Below are positions 50,001 through 62,200 of a stretch of DNA of 64,000 nt, piece by piece. The notes below the pieces were generated by a model. The model ran no database searches, was not told the origin of the DNA, and saw only the letters and a list, made by a program, of their open reading frames with translations. The DNA is from Takakia lepidozioides (taxonomy: Eukaryota; Plantae; Bryophyta), in contig CM060731.1 of the NCBI GenBank assembly GCA_030704615.1, forward strand, positions 82,584,001 through 82,648,000, in the 5' to 3' direction. Made by a program: the position numbers and the translations under genes. The stretch's first letter is position 1, and every line of letters begins with the position of its first letter.

Positions 50001-51088
50001 CATCGGTCCTCAGAGACATGCCCTACATGGCCGATTTTCAAATGAAAAAGGCAATGATAAGGGTAGCTCAAACAGTGTGCGCCAACGCACACTATTTGAG
50101 CTGCCAGGTAAGTGATGATTGATCCTCAAATTCATACCCTATGTGGCCGATTTTCAGATGACAAAGGCAATGACAATGTGAGCTCAAATAGTGTGCGTTG
50201 ACGCACACTGTTTGAGCTGCCATGTAAGTGATGATTGATCCTCAAATACATGCCGTTTGTGGCCGTTTTTCAGATGAAAAAACAATGACAAGGTGGGCTC
50301 AAATAGTGTGCGCCAACGCACACTGTTTGAGCTGCCAAATAGTGGAGAATTGAACCGGGCATAGTGGCCCTATCTGGCCGTTTTTCACACCATCAACCAA
50401 GTAAAATGCGGGGCTCAAACAGTGTGCGTCAACGCACACTGTTTCAGCATCCAATTCGTGGTGGATTGAACCTGCCGTAGTTCCCCAATTTGGCCGTTTC
50501 AGACATCAACAAGCCAGCAAAATGGAAGGCTCAAACAGTGTGCGTCAACGCACACTTTTTGAGCTTCTTGTTTGCCGTTGATGCAACCTGGCATAGATGC
50601 CGTGTGTAGACTATGTTCATATCAAAATAGAATCTCAACTTGGGTTCACATCAGCAATGAAGCACAAAGGTGGGTTTCAAAGATTGTACCTTTTTTTTGG
50701 CTGCTCCAGAAGACTCCCCAATCGCCGGGGACCCTTTGCGCTTCGGAGTGCTCTCCACGCCTCTCATGTTCTGGAGCATCTCCCCCATCCTCTCTTCCAC
50801 TATTAGGTTCTTCGTGAGGCCAGCGTCAACATCATCTTCGGCGTCTGCCTCTCCCTTGGATGCAGTGTCCTCCTCATCTGTTCTTGGAACTATGGCAGGC
50901 TGTTGTTCTTCCACGGATTCCTGCTCTTCCATCGCCGAACTTTGCTCTTTGCCCTCTTCTTCCGCCTTTTCCTCTTCGGCTACTCTTTCCATCCTCATTC
51001 TATATCTGGCTCTATTCCTGTTTCTAGAGCTCGTGAAGTATAATGACTTCCTTCTCTTCCTCCTCCTCTGGAAACAAGGGCTGCCCAC
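44068..51088 (-). pseudogene. Multi-exon gene: ParB/Sulfiredoxin-like domain fused to a beta-class N4/N6 DNA-methyltransferase-like domain
   Basis: FHVWVGNHRLLAW (~47700-47735); AELIILDIPDG (motif IV-like, ~45430-45460); RERSPAFIQTIVECCT...RVLDLSMGTG|ASYHACKASARHLFGIEGD (motifs X-I-II); phase-compatible introns 48170-50689, 47479-47573 and 47174-47285; stops at 47132 and 46865. Confidence 0.75.
48258..50568. repeat. Tandem array of 20 x 116-bp units, each with palindrome AGCTCAAACAGTGTGCGT-NN-ACGCACACTGTTTGAGCT
   Basis: Exact 116-bp spacing at 49020, 49136, 49252, 49368, 49484, 49600, 49716, 49832, 49948. Confidence 0.97.
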
Positions 51089-51987
51089 GATGCCTCTAGA
51101 GCTCTCAAGTTTGACGTTTGCAACAAGGGTTGCTATTGCATGTAACCAAAATCAAAATTGGACATTGTCAACCGTATTTGGATGCGGGTGTTGTTATTGT
51201 GTGCGAACGGAATTCATCCATTTCGGCGTCTTTGTATTATTCAAGAAATAAAGTGCTAGAAAATATGTACATACGTTGCATGTACTTGTGATATATGTCA
51301 GATGTACTTCGCCGCCTGCCAATATATGGCGGCCTTCTTGCATGGTTTCAAATTCGGAAGTGCCGTAGAAATCTAATGCTAGTTCAATTTGGAGCAGTTC
51401 TTGCAGATTCGCCATAAATGTTGTGCTTCACATATGCATCCACGTGTTTCGTACTGCCTGCCCTGTGCTTTGCATTTTGCCGTCATCGTCACCATGGGGT
51501 CATTCGGTATAAAGGGTTGTGTCGGAAATGATCTTGTGTTGCACACATCTTGGAGTGTCAGTGTTTGTGCTGTGCTCTTCTGGCACGGCACGTCCTCATT
51601 ACATTCGGGGTCTTCATGTTTACTGCTCTCCAGGGTTGTTGCCGTCTTTCCATAAATGATGGTTTCATGTCATGTTCAGGGTTTGATTTTCATCCAAAAA
51701 CAACACGGCTTCTTGTGGCTTCCTGTATTTGAAAACAGTTTTTCTAGTTGGTGTCTCTCAGCGTGGTTATCTCTGAAGTTCAGTGCATGTCATTCCTACA
51801 TCCTTTTGATGCATCACCCGCAGCCTTTGGGTTAGTGCTACCCTTGTTGACCTCAATTTTTTTGTGGGGGATCCCCTTTCGAGAATTGCGGGCTATCAAT
51901 TCGGGGATTCCGTTGTGAATCGAAAGTTTCAGTCGGCGTAGGAAAACATGTCCAGGGACAGAGATAGACTAGCCCGATTTCATTCCA

Positions 51988-54900
51988 ATGCATGTAGTGC
52001 AGACTACATTCTTGGATGAATCCGAATTGCAAGAGATAACGAGTGTCATTCCAAAATTGAAAGCCCTCGCAGGGGTGGCTGGGTGCAAGAGCGAGCTGCG
52101 TTTTGTTGATTGGGAGTCCCTTCGTGTGCAGCGGGTTCAATACGTGCCAGCAGAGTTTGATGGGGACATCTTGTTTGAGCTCAACCCTCCCACGTCTTCC
52201 AATGGACTGGCTGGGCTTCTGCAGGGCATGGACAAGAAACATGACGGACACCCTTGGTGCAGGACAAAAACGTCAAACATCCACAACGACATTGGATTGA
52301 AATTTCGAAGGTCGGTTTGCGTTGGGCATTGCAAGTGCCTGAATATATCTTGCCCTCGCCTGAGAAACAACGCTCAACCAAACGAAAGTGAGTGGGAAGG
52401 TGTGCCCTTGAATCCTTTCACCCCAGGACTTGCCCCTCCCAAGACCAATACTTTTGTGTGCAGGTTCTGCAAACTTTCCCCGTCCTGTGTTTCTGTGTGC
52501 CACGCTCGTATATACCAGGTGGCACACCGATGCAAGACAATGACTCGTGCCTGCATTCATATGGGTGCACACAAGCATCCTGTGTCCAAAGGAAGTTGCA
52601 GGGATAGCGTGGACATCGCTAGAAATTTGCTGAAGCAGGAGTTCCACAATGCCCCTTGTGCAACACCTTCTGCTATAGCGCTTGCAGCTAGCAAGGCTTT
52701 CCTGGAAAAACACATATTGGGTGAAGGGGATTCGACACAACCAATGCTGGATGCAGATTCGCTTGATGCAGTGATGGACCATTTCTCCGTGTTGAGCTCT
52801 CCCAATATTCGAAACCAGGTGAATGCACTCAGAGTCGGCACAGGCACTGCTCGATTCATGGACAACATTATGGACCTCAAACGGAGAAGTCGCTATGAAT
52901 TCATTCAAAACAGTATCTTCCCTGGCCAGGGCTCATCCAAGGTGTATTTGTTCAAGATGTCCGCAGTGGGCGAAGGCAGTGGTGTGAGCATTGTCCGCCG
53001 AATGCAACCTGGAGGAGATTTGGCTAAATGTTGGTTGATGTTTGATCACTGCAAACGGGTGAAGGGTTGGACAACCATGGTGTGCCATGTGTATGATCCA
53101 GCGTACCAGCGTGTGCTCTCAATAGCAATTTGTGATATGCAGTCGGAGGACACTGAATCCCAGATGCTCATGTGGAATTCGCTCCTGGCCGTCATGCAGC
53201 GCAATGGAATACAGAACACAAATTTTGCAGGCTTCATGGCTGATAGTGCATAGGCAAATTTCAATGCAATGCGGCGCGTGTTTGGTTCGGGGGATCCTAA
53301 GGTCCCAATGGAAAATAGGGAGCGCACATGCCTCTTCCATTGGAGTCAATCTCTGGCACGTCATACAAAGCGCTGCATTCGCCCTGACCTTCAGTTGGAG
53401 CACAGAAGGCTCTGTCTCAAGTACAAAAATGCCAACTCAATGGGAGAAGCTGAGAGCACTTACCAAGCAATCCGGGCTTGGTGGTTCTCCTCTGGTGCTG
53501 CTACTGGTATCCACCTGAAGGAGTTAGAGGACTGGTTGGTTTTCTGGCACTTCAGATACAGACAGTGGGGAGCTTTCATGACGACGGTAAGCCTCTTGAA
53601 TCCCAAAATCAGAAATTTTGCATCGTGCCTCTTCATTTGGGGTTCTTGGATTGTCGCTTGCAGAACCTCTTCCATTTCCTTTCCTTCCTCACATTTCCAT
53701 GCAATGCCTCATGCAGGACATGTCCTTGGAGGACTTGGCCGACATGCCATCCTGTAATTTGGCGGAGACTGTTCATAACGCCTGGATGCAGCAATCTACC
53801 AAAGCAGGTCGTGACTTGTATGTGGCCACTGCTGATGACATGGTGCGGGCACTCACACAACAAACCGGGTACCACAATTTTCTGATGGGACGGGGTGGAG
53901 GCAAGGGCCCCGGTACGACTTTGTTGATGCTAAGGGCTGCGAGTAGGTCCGGAGATCCATCCAAGATGGCCAGAGCTCTGAACAGGTGCACTGAAGGCTC
54001 CCCTTTGCAATCCAGGCTCCCTCATTTGGAAGGCGAGGAAAGATTTGGATCATGCAAAAGGAAATTGAACACTCTTCCAGGTTCAGATGGAGATTCCCAT
54101 CGCCCAGACAGGGTCAATTTCTCTGTGCCAAAGGTGTCTCCAGTGCAGACTAAGTCGTGTGCCGGCCCCTTCCCAGGTGGGTCCTCCTCCTGTGGAGCAG
54201 GTGCAGAACATGCAAGCACAGCAGCAGGAATCCCATTGGAGGAGGTGGTCGCCATGGTGCAGGAATTTGATTGCATTGATAGTGAGTGGCATATAGAACG
54301 CACCCCACCAGGATCTAGAGTTGCTTGCATGGCAATTCGGACCCCCTCTTTCAAGAAATGCAAATCAAAAATATGCAAAGGCTCCAGGGGGACTCCAGCT
54401 CCAACATTCACAGGGTTGTTCCGACCTTATCATAGTGGGGAGTCAAAGGACCACAAGTTCTGGTTCTGCCCAGACGATATGGCACGATGCGTCAAGGGAA
54501 CAGTTCGTCCTTCGGTGATAATGAAACCCCCTCCCCCCGCAATTTGGCCTGTGAAACTTGGGACGTCGCTGTCAACAACCGAGATAAGCATGCTGGAGGA
54601 GGGAGGGTTTTGTCTTGCACGATCCCAAGTGGTGCCCTTGTGCACTGTCGGCACTGTGGTTCCTCAAGCTGCGGCAATGCCTCCACCCGGTGCCGACTCC
54701 CACCCAACAAAAAGAGATGGAAAAACAGTGCGCCGTGTCGCTTCGGGTGCAGATCACGAATGCAAGATGGAATCGGCTAGAATTTTGCAGGCTCGGGTGG
54801 CTCGTATCACCGAAGTCCCGGCCCCGGGGTATGGACGGATTTACACAGTGCTGTCTATTGGCTCAGTTCTTCATGGCAAAGAATATCCGTGGGGAATTTC

Positions 54901-55122
54901 CCTACTTGCACTTGTCCGGATTTTGTAACGATGCGTGAGGGCGCTCTCGGCATGAGAGGGAAGTGGGTCCCCTGCAAGCATCAATATTACATATACCTTG
55001 TAATTATGTGTTGCGACGGTAAGAGAGACCAATTCATTCACCAAGCCATACTAGGCTACGGAGAAGTCATCACCCTTCTGCAGCGGGACACCTCACGTAG
55101 GGCTCCGCCAAATTCTCTTTGA
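51988..55122 (+). pseudogene. MULE-type DDE transposase with N-terminal GCM-like zinc domain and C-terminal SWIM finger
   Basis: DGHPW..T.....FRRSVCVGH.KC....C...C..C...C.A...HMGAHKHP; WLMFD, FMAD, CLFHW, NLAETVHN; CTCPDF...CKH; intron 53587-53716; stop at 53251; frameshift ~54888. Confidence 0.85.
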
Positions 55123-55833
55123 ACACATACGAGCCATGCCCGCTTCCCATGCTGGTTTCAAGGTTACCGTGTGAAGACTTTACATTTAGGACAAACACAT
55201 ACATTTCGTTCACGGAACCAGGGCAAATGCACATGCCATTCATTGGAAGCGTCTATCTGTGAATTGAAATAAAGTATGTCAATCATTCTGAGCTCAATTC
55301 TGCCATATTTTCATATTCCTCTTTTTGTGCAGGCATTGCAGACATGGTGCATGGTGGCCCCCTTTGTTTTGTCCACGGTAATAGGCCCTCTTCTTGCAAT
55401 CCTCGCCTATAGGACCTGCTTCTCCAGCAGATTTGTGCCGCTCACGCTTCCTTGAAGCGTGAGCTCAGCTCACGCTTTGCAGCTACAATGTGAGCTCAGT
55501 TCCCAGGCTCATGGGGCTGGGCTCACGCCGTAGCTACGCTGTTTCCAAAGGATGGTGTGGATGGCCTTTCGTGGCTGCCGAATCCATGGTAAGAAAATAT
55601 TGCAGGCAGAACCCATGGCAATGGTAGTTGCACTTGTTGGTCCAAAGCCAATTGCAACAACAAATGAATAAAGGGTGCTGAAAGGAAAGCATTCCACAAT
55701 TGATCATAAAATCCACTGTCCAAGCATGATATCTTAATGGGAATGCGAAGGGAGTTTTACCACCTTAAGCTATCATGCGTAGTCTATAACTGGAGTGCAC
55801 AAATCTAGCACATCTAATCCCCATCATCCTCAT

Positions 55834-56297
55834 CTATGTCTGGGTCACTGCATGTGTCACCGTCTTCATCACAGACATCATCTTGTCCAAGGGTTGGCTG
55901 AACTTCATCACCACTACTGCTCGGAGGTACAAGGAGGCCACCTGCTCTGGAGTAACCGGTACCGCTCGGCTGCGTGTTGGGCCATCAGTTACCAGAGTCT
56001 CCTCTAGTCTTTGTGGGGCTAACAATCCTTCCACTTCCGCCACATCATCATTAGCAATTGATATGTTGCAGATCACTCTATGTACTCGGGGGCTCTTCTC
56101 CAGGACGACTTTCCACCCCGGCTCCTTCACACAATCAGAAAAAAAACACTTGATCAACCTGGCCAGGAAACACAAAAGGTTGCTAAGAAGGTGGAAGCAT
56201 ACGGTTAAAATTAACCAGTGTGAAGCCAGCATCATCTTGCTTCATTGACATAGGTTGACGACCCATGCGACACGCCCGTACCCACGAACACAAAAAC
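55834..56297 (-). pseudogene. CACTA transposase C-terminal (DUF4216-like) remnant
   Basis: VFLCSW...DDAGFTLVNFNR...PFVFPGQVDQVFF..EPGWKVVL. Confidence 0.8.
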
Positions 56298-59200
56298 TGT
56301 CGCGCACCTCACTTCGGTAAACTCCCCTTCAAGTCATAGTTACTCGCTTTGATGCGCGCGCCTGACTCCCAACCTGGCCGCCGGGCCAACTTGGAGCTTC
56401 GGCTGCTCACCGGGACATAACGGTCCCCTTTCGCTTCCCTCTAAAACCCTCCACCTAATTGGGACTAGGAGAATTCCCTTTGGTAGATGGCAGTCCGGAA
56501 CAGCTCCCCACTCTTTGGTCGCTTTCCGGCTCGCTCGCTTACTCACTAGTTTTTGGTCACCAACGGGCTTGCACCGTTCTCGGGGTTACTACTCCCTATA
56601 TATACTTCTGTAGCTGTCCGCGGGGGTTTCACAACCAGCCATGCCATTTTATGGCGAACCACCACGAAGACCCTCGATTCCCGGTGGTGAGTCGCGGTGA
56701 GTCTTGGCCCGCTCACCACGGCCCCTATGGACCGTGATGAGTCCCAAGACTCCCCACGACTCCCACCACGAGGTCTCCGCCCCCATGGTGAGTCCTATGC
56801 CACCCCCACTAAGTCCCACTAAGCTACCACCACCCCTTGTGGAGCCACCCCCACCGCAACCCGGTGTGCGGGGCTCCACCTAGTGAGCGCCTCCGCTTCC
56901 CTGAGTGCCTTGGGCACTCAAGGGTGCCTCAGCCCCCCATACCTATCGCTGCCGCTGCCCCCACCACAGGGCAGCCCCTCATGTGTCCCGACCCCCTGCC
57001 CTCAAGGCAAAGGGCCGCGACACACACCCCTACCAACAGGGAGTCGATGTCCTCATCGACTTGTCCATTTTGTAGAAACGAACATCCAAGTTGTGGCGTC
57101 CCACATCAAGGAGTTTGTTTCTGTACCATGGCGTCCCATGGCAAAGAACCAAACCCCACACTTGACTCTACTCTCCACTAGCTAGTTCGGCCGACTTCCT
57201 CCAAGTCCTGGCCAAGGGTGGAGCCTCTCCAGCTCCTCCCAGTGCACTCTTCTTGGCCTACTTCAAGGCCAAGGAACGATCCTCCCCGAGGATCGAATCG
57301 CCTTACTGCAACAACATTGCTTGCGATCGCTCATGATGCCGCTTTTGGCATCACCTTGAGCAAGGGTTCACCCGGAACCCTCTTTGACTAGGTAGATAAC
57401 CTTGAACCAACCGTGCGCCCCAATCACTACAATTGGGTCCGTCTTGGAATGCTGGCCTGAGGTGCGGGAACACGCCGAAGCCGCACTACGACTTCGTCCC
57501 GAGGCTACACGATTATAGTACGTGAACGGCAGCACGTAGCTTCCGCGTTAGCCCGCACTACAAGGCAACCCCCTCGGTAGCGCAGTTATAGTACGCGCAC
57601 GCGCCAGGTGCGCACTAGCACGTGAACTCCCAAAGAAGGCGCAAGTTTCCTTGCCCCTTGGATGGGAGTCACCCGATTTCGGCACTGCGCAAACACACGA
57701 TTACCCAATTTACCTCTCCCACTTTTGTAAGCTAGCATGCATTCTACACACTAGCCAACCACACCATGCATCACCATTCAAAACACAATAGGACGCACAA
57801 TATTTGGAACCCATTTCCTTTATAACAAATTTTTGTACAATACAAGTTTTTGCAATCGGATTCCTGAGCTAGCTAAACCGGGCTAAGCATGCATTTCCTC
57901 CCCCACGCTCCAAGGTTGATGTCCCCATCAACGCTTTTTCCGCTTTTGAGGTCGCCCTTCGAAAGCTGCAACCGCCTCGGATGCGTTTCTCATTTCTGAG
58001 GCACGCACCCAAGATGCCTCCACATGACGATAGCCCTTCCATTGGACGAGATACTCCGTTTCTCGGTTCCTGAACCTCCTCGACTTAAGTATTACCTCCA
58101 CCTCGTACTCAGGTTCATTTTCATGATCCAACAGCATAGGTGGCGGACGGAACACTTGATGCCGATTCGGACGCGCTTCATCTTTGAAGTAAGGCTTCAA
58201 AAGGGAGACATGGAATACTGGGTGCACCTTGCTGTTTGCCGGCAGCTCCAATTCATACACATCCTCATTCATAACCTTCCGAATGCGAAAGGGTCCCGCA
58301 TACGGAGGCACGAACTTCGGACTCACTTCCGGAGGTAGTCGGAAATTCTTGATGTTCAACCAGACCTCTGTGCCTACCTCAAACTTCACTTCCCTCCGCT
58401 TCCGATTTGCCTGCCTTTCATACCGTTTCCTAGCTTTGGCAATATTGTACTTTGCGAGCTTCAACAAACGCTCGCGTTCTTCCAGTACCGCCGCTACTGC
58501 CGGTTCCTCAACGTCCTGGGCGGCCCAACTTGTCGGCACCAGAGGTGCTTTTCCATAGACCAACACAAAAGGGGAAACTCCCATTGCGGAGTGTTCTGTG
58601 TTATTATAACAGAACTCTGCCGCGTCTAAGTGTTCCATCCAGTCTGATTGGTCTGCCGACACGTAATTCCGCAAGAATTGCTTCACTACGGAATTCATTC
58701 TTTCCGTTTGGCCGTCCGTCGTAGGTCGGAAGGCGGTGCTCATCTTCAGCCTCGTCCCCATCTTCTTCCAAAGTGCTCTCCAGAATTTACTCGTAAACTT
58801 TGGATCGCGGTCCGAGACAATATCCTTCAGGACTCCATGATGCTTTAAGACGTGGGCGAAGTAAAGTCGCCCTGTCTCCTGCGCCGTTGCCGTCTCCTTG
58901 GTGGGGATGAAATGGCCCATTTTACTGAACCTATCTACCCTCAGTTTGGGCCAGAAATACTCTTTCTTCAAGAGTGCCGCAGTGCGCTTGGCTCCACCGT
59001 GGCCCGCAAGCGGGCTATCATGGCATTCTCTCAAGAGACTATCCCTGATCCCTCCCTTCGGCACGTAGAGACGCTTTTGCTTATACCGGAGCAGTCCATT
59101 TTGCAAGTGGAACTGCGATTTAACCCCCATCCTCAAGTCCTGCATCACGGACTTCGCCAGCTCATCCTTCCGGCAAGCCTTCCGGATCTTCCTTTGGAGT

Positions 59201-62200
59201 GCCGTCTCGCCCTTGTACACCAACAAGAGCTGCTGCTTTCTACTTAAAGCATCGGCCACCACATTGTCCCGTCCCGGTTTGTACTGGATATCCACGTCGA
59301 ACACTGCCAAAGTATCTTGCCACCTAAGTTGTTTTGGGGACAACTTGGGCTGCGTGGCAAAATACTTCACCGTGACATTGTCCGTGAACACCTTCACTGG
59401 GTTGGAACCAACATAGTGGCGCCAGAGCTCAAGGCAATGCACCACCGCCTTCATCTCTTTTTCGTGCGTCGGCCACCGTCGCTCCACTTCATTCAGTTTC
59501 TTACTTTCGTAAGCCACTGGACGTCCATCTTGCATAAGTACACCCCCAATCGCGAAATCCGATGCATCTGTATGAATCTCAAACGGACGATCGAACTCCG
59601 GGATTTTCAAGACTGGAGCTTCCGTCATCCGCTGCTTCAATTCAGCAAAAGCTTGGCCACAAAATGTGTTCCATACCTAGACTTTGGATTTACACAGAAG
59701 GTCCGACAGCGGCCCCGCGATCTTGGCGAAATTTCTCACATACTTCCGGTAATAGGAGGCGAGTCCTAGGAAGGATCGCACTCCCGGGACCGAAGTCGGA
59801 GGCTCCCAGTCCAAGATCGCCCTCACCTTTCTGTCATCCATTTTGATCCCATCCTGTGTAATCACATGCCCCAAGAACTCCACTTTTGTGACCCCGAATT
59901 CGCACTTTGAAGCTTTGGCATACAGCTTCTCTTCTCGCAATTTTTGGAACACCCTTTTGAGGTGCTCCAGGTGTTCCTCCTTTGTTTTCGAGTACACCAA
60001 GATGTCGTCGATGTACACGATCACAAAGTCATCCAACCACTCCTGGAAAAGGCTGTTCATCAGCGTGCTAAATGTCGCTGGTGCATTGGTGAGCCCAAAA
60101 TGCATCACCAAGAACTCATATGAACCATACCTTGTCCTGCACGCGGTCTTCTCCTCATCTCCTTCCGCCACCGGAATTTGGTGATAGCCGGAGCGCAAGT
60201 CGATCCGGCTGAAATACTTTGCTCCTGCCAACCGATCGAAGAGGTCGTCGATCCTTGGCAAAGGGTACCGGTTTTTGATAGTCATCTTATTCAGAGCCCT
60301 GTAATCGACACACATCCGCAGCGTCCCATCCTTCTTGTCTGCAAATAGCACCGGGGCTCCGTAAGGTGACTTACTCGGCCGGAAGTACCCCTTTGACATT
60401 AGATCCTTGAGCTGAGTCTTCAGCTCGACCAACTCTCTGTGGCTCAACCGGTAGGGCGCCTTGGCAGGCGGTTCCGATCCCGGTATCACCTCAATCTTGT
60501 GGTCAACTCCTCTTCGCGGTGGCAAGCCGCTTGGTAATTCCTCCGGCATCACATCCTGGTATTTCTCCAAAATCCCCTTGATCCAATCTGGGCTCGGCTC
60601 CCCATCGTCTTCTCCCTTCACTTCTCTAATGTAAAGCAAGAACTGGGGTTCGTGTGCCTCCTCCACGGCCCACTCCCTTGCTGACAGAAGGTTTATTCGC
60701 CCTCCCACGGATTTGGGCGTTTCCGACACTCGTAAGACCTCGCCACCATTCCCACATGGCAGCGTGACTACTCTCTTGCGGCCATCTATGACCGCTCTGG
60801 ATTTGCTCAAAAAGGTCATCCCTAAAATGAGATCTACTCCATCGATCTCGCAGATGGTGAAATTCTCACGTCCCTCCCAACTCCCCAGTTGAAGAGGAAC
60901 ATCTATCGCCAACCTTGTCGCCAATTGTGGTTCTCCTTTGGCAGAACGCACCTCAATAGATGCCCCCACGTCACTTGTCAGGAGTCCCAGCTTTTGTGCC
61001 ATTGCCGGTGTCATGAAGGAGTGCGACGCTCCTGTGTCCACCAACAACGACACATTAGTTCCAGATATTATCCCATCCACGAACAATAACTGACTCCCTT
61101 TTCGTAAGGCGCCAGTTTCCTGATACAACTCACAAGAAAATTTGCCTACCTTGCAAGTCCTGGCAACCACCGCTTCCACCAAGCGACTGATGGTATCTTC
61201 CGACAGCTCCGTGGTCGCCCGAGTCATGTTCAATTGCCGGGGCTTCGTGCACTTCTTGGCCATGTGCCCGGGCTCCCCGCAATTGAAACACACTCCATCA
61301 AAGGTCGCCTTCTGTCCGCCATAAGCCGCTCCACCCGCTTTTCCTTTCGGAGCACCGAGTGCCGCCTTGACGTGTGAAGGCCCTCCCTTTGATTTCCACG
61401 TGCCATTATTGCTGCGTGGCCTATCCCACTTCTTTTCCGGTCGGAAGGAGTCACCTTCCCGCCGAATCTTCTTGTGGTTCAGCTCCGTACGGCCTTGTCT
61501 TTCACCCCTAGGGACATCCAAGAAACATTCAGCCCTCTCAATTGCCTTGTTCAAAGTCTTGGGTGGCTTCTCCTCCAACTTCCGCCTGGCCCATGGGGCC
61601 AGTCCCGCCACAAAGTTGAAGACCATTTCTGGCTCTGCCATGTCCGCGACTTCGAGCAACAGCACATTGAAAGCCTGGACGTACCCCCGAATGTCATCTG
61701 TTTGCTTCAAATTCCTCATCTTGTCCCGGGCAAGCCAGGACGCGTTGAGGGGCACAAACTGTCTCTTCAACAATTCCTTGAACCCACTCCAGTTCAAGGT
61801 TTCCGGACTTGGACCTCGATCGTGAAGGCGTTTCTGCCACCATTGTTGAGCATAGCCCCTCAAATAGGTGGGAGCCACTTCCACGCAATCCTCGTCACTC
61901 AACTTGGTCGCCCGGAAGTACTGCTCCAGCTCCAAGAGCCAGGTGTTGAGTGCCTTCCGATTTCGGACGCCCTCGAAGGTGCCGGGTTCCTTAGGCTTCA
62001 CCTTAAACTTTGCCTTAGTGGAAGTGGCATTAGCCGCCTTCAACACGTCTTTCAACGTCCCCCCAAACTGCGCTAACAACCCTTCCCAAAAGGCTGCCGG
62101 CATGGGAGGCATCTCTTGGTTTGTCGGAGCTCTCAAGGATTCCTCGGGCTCCGACTCCTCGGATTCCTCCTGCTCTGTGGTGGCCTCGTTTTCGGAAACA

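Larger units (their letters stand above)
43362..55541. mobile_element. 12.2-kb Mutator-like element with degenerate TIRs and two divergent genes
   Basis: 9-bp TSD TTTCCAAAG (43353-43361, 55542-55550); both ends read N7-GCTA-N4-GTGAGCC inward; GTGAGC clusters at both ends; empty-site ORF restored. Confidence 0.9.

Noticed and set aside
48258-50568. CRISPR or TIGR-like guide array
   Set aside because: Linkers are near-identical copies, not unique spacers; no Cas or Nop-domain gene is seen
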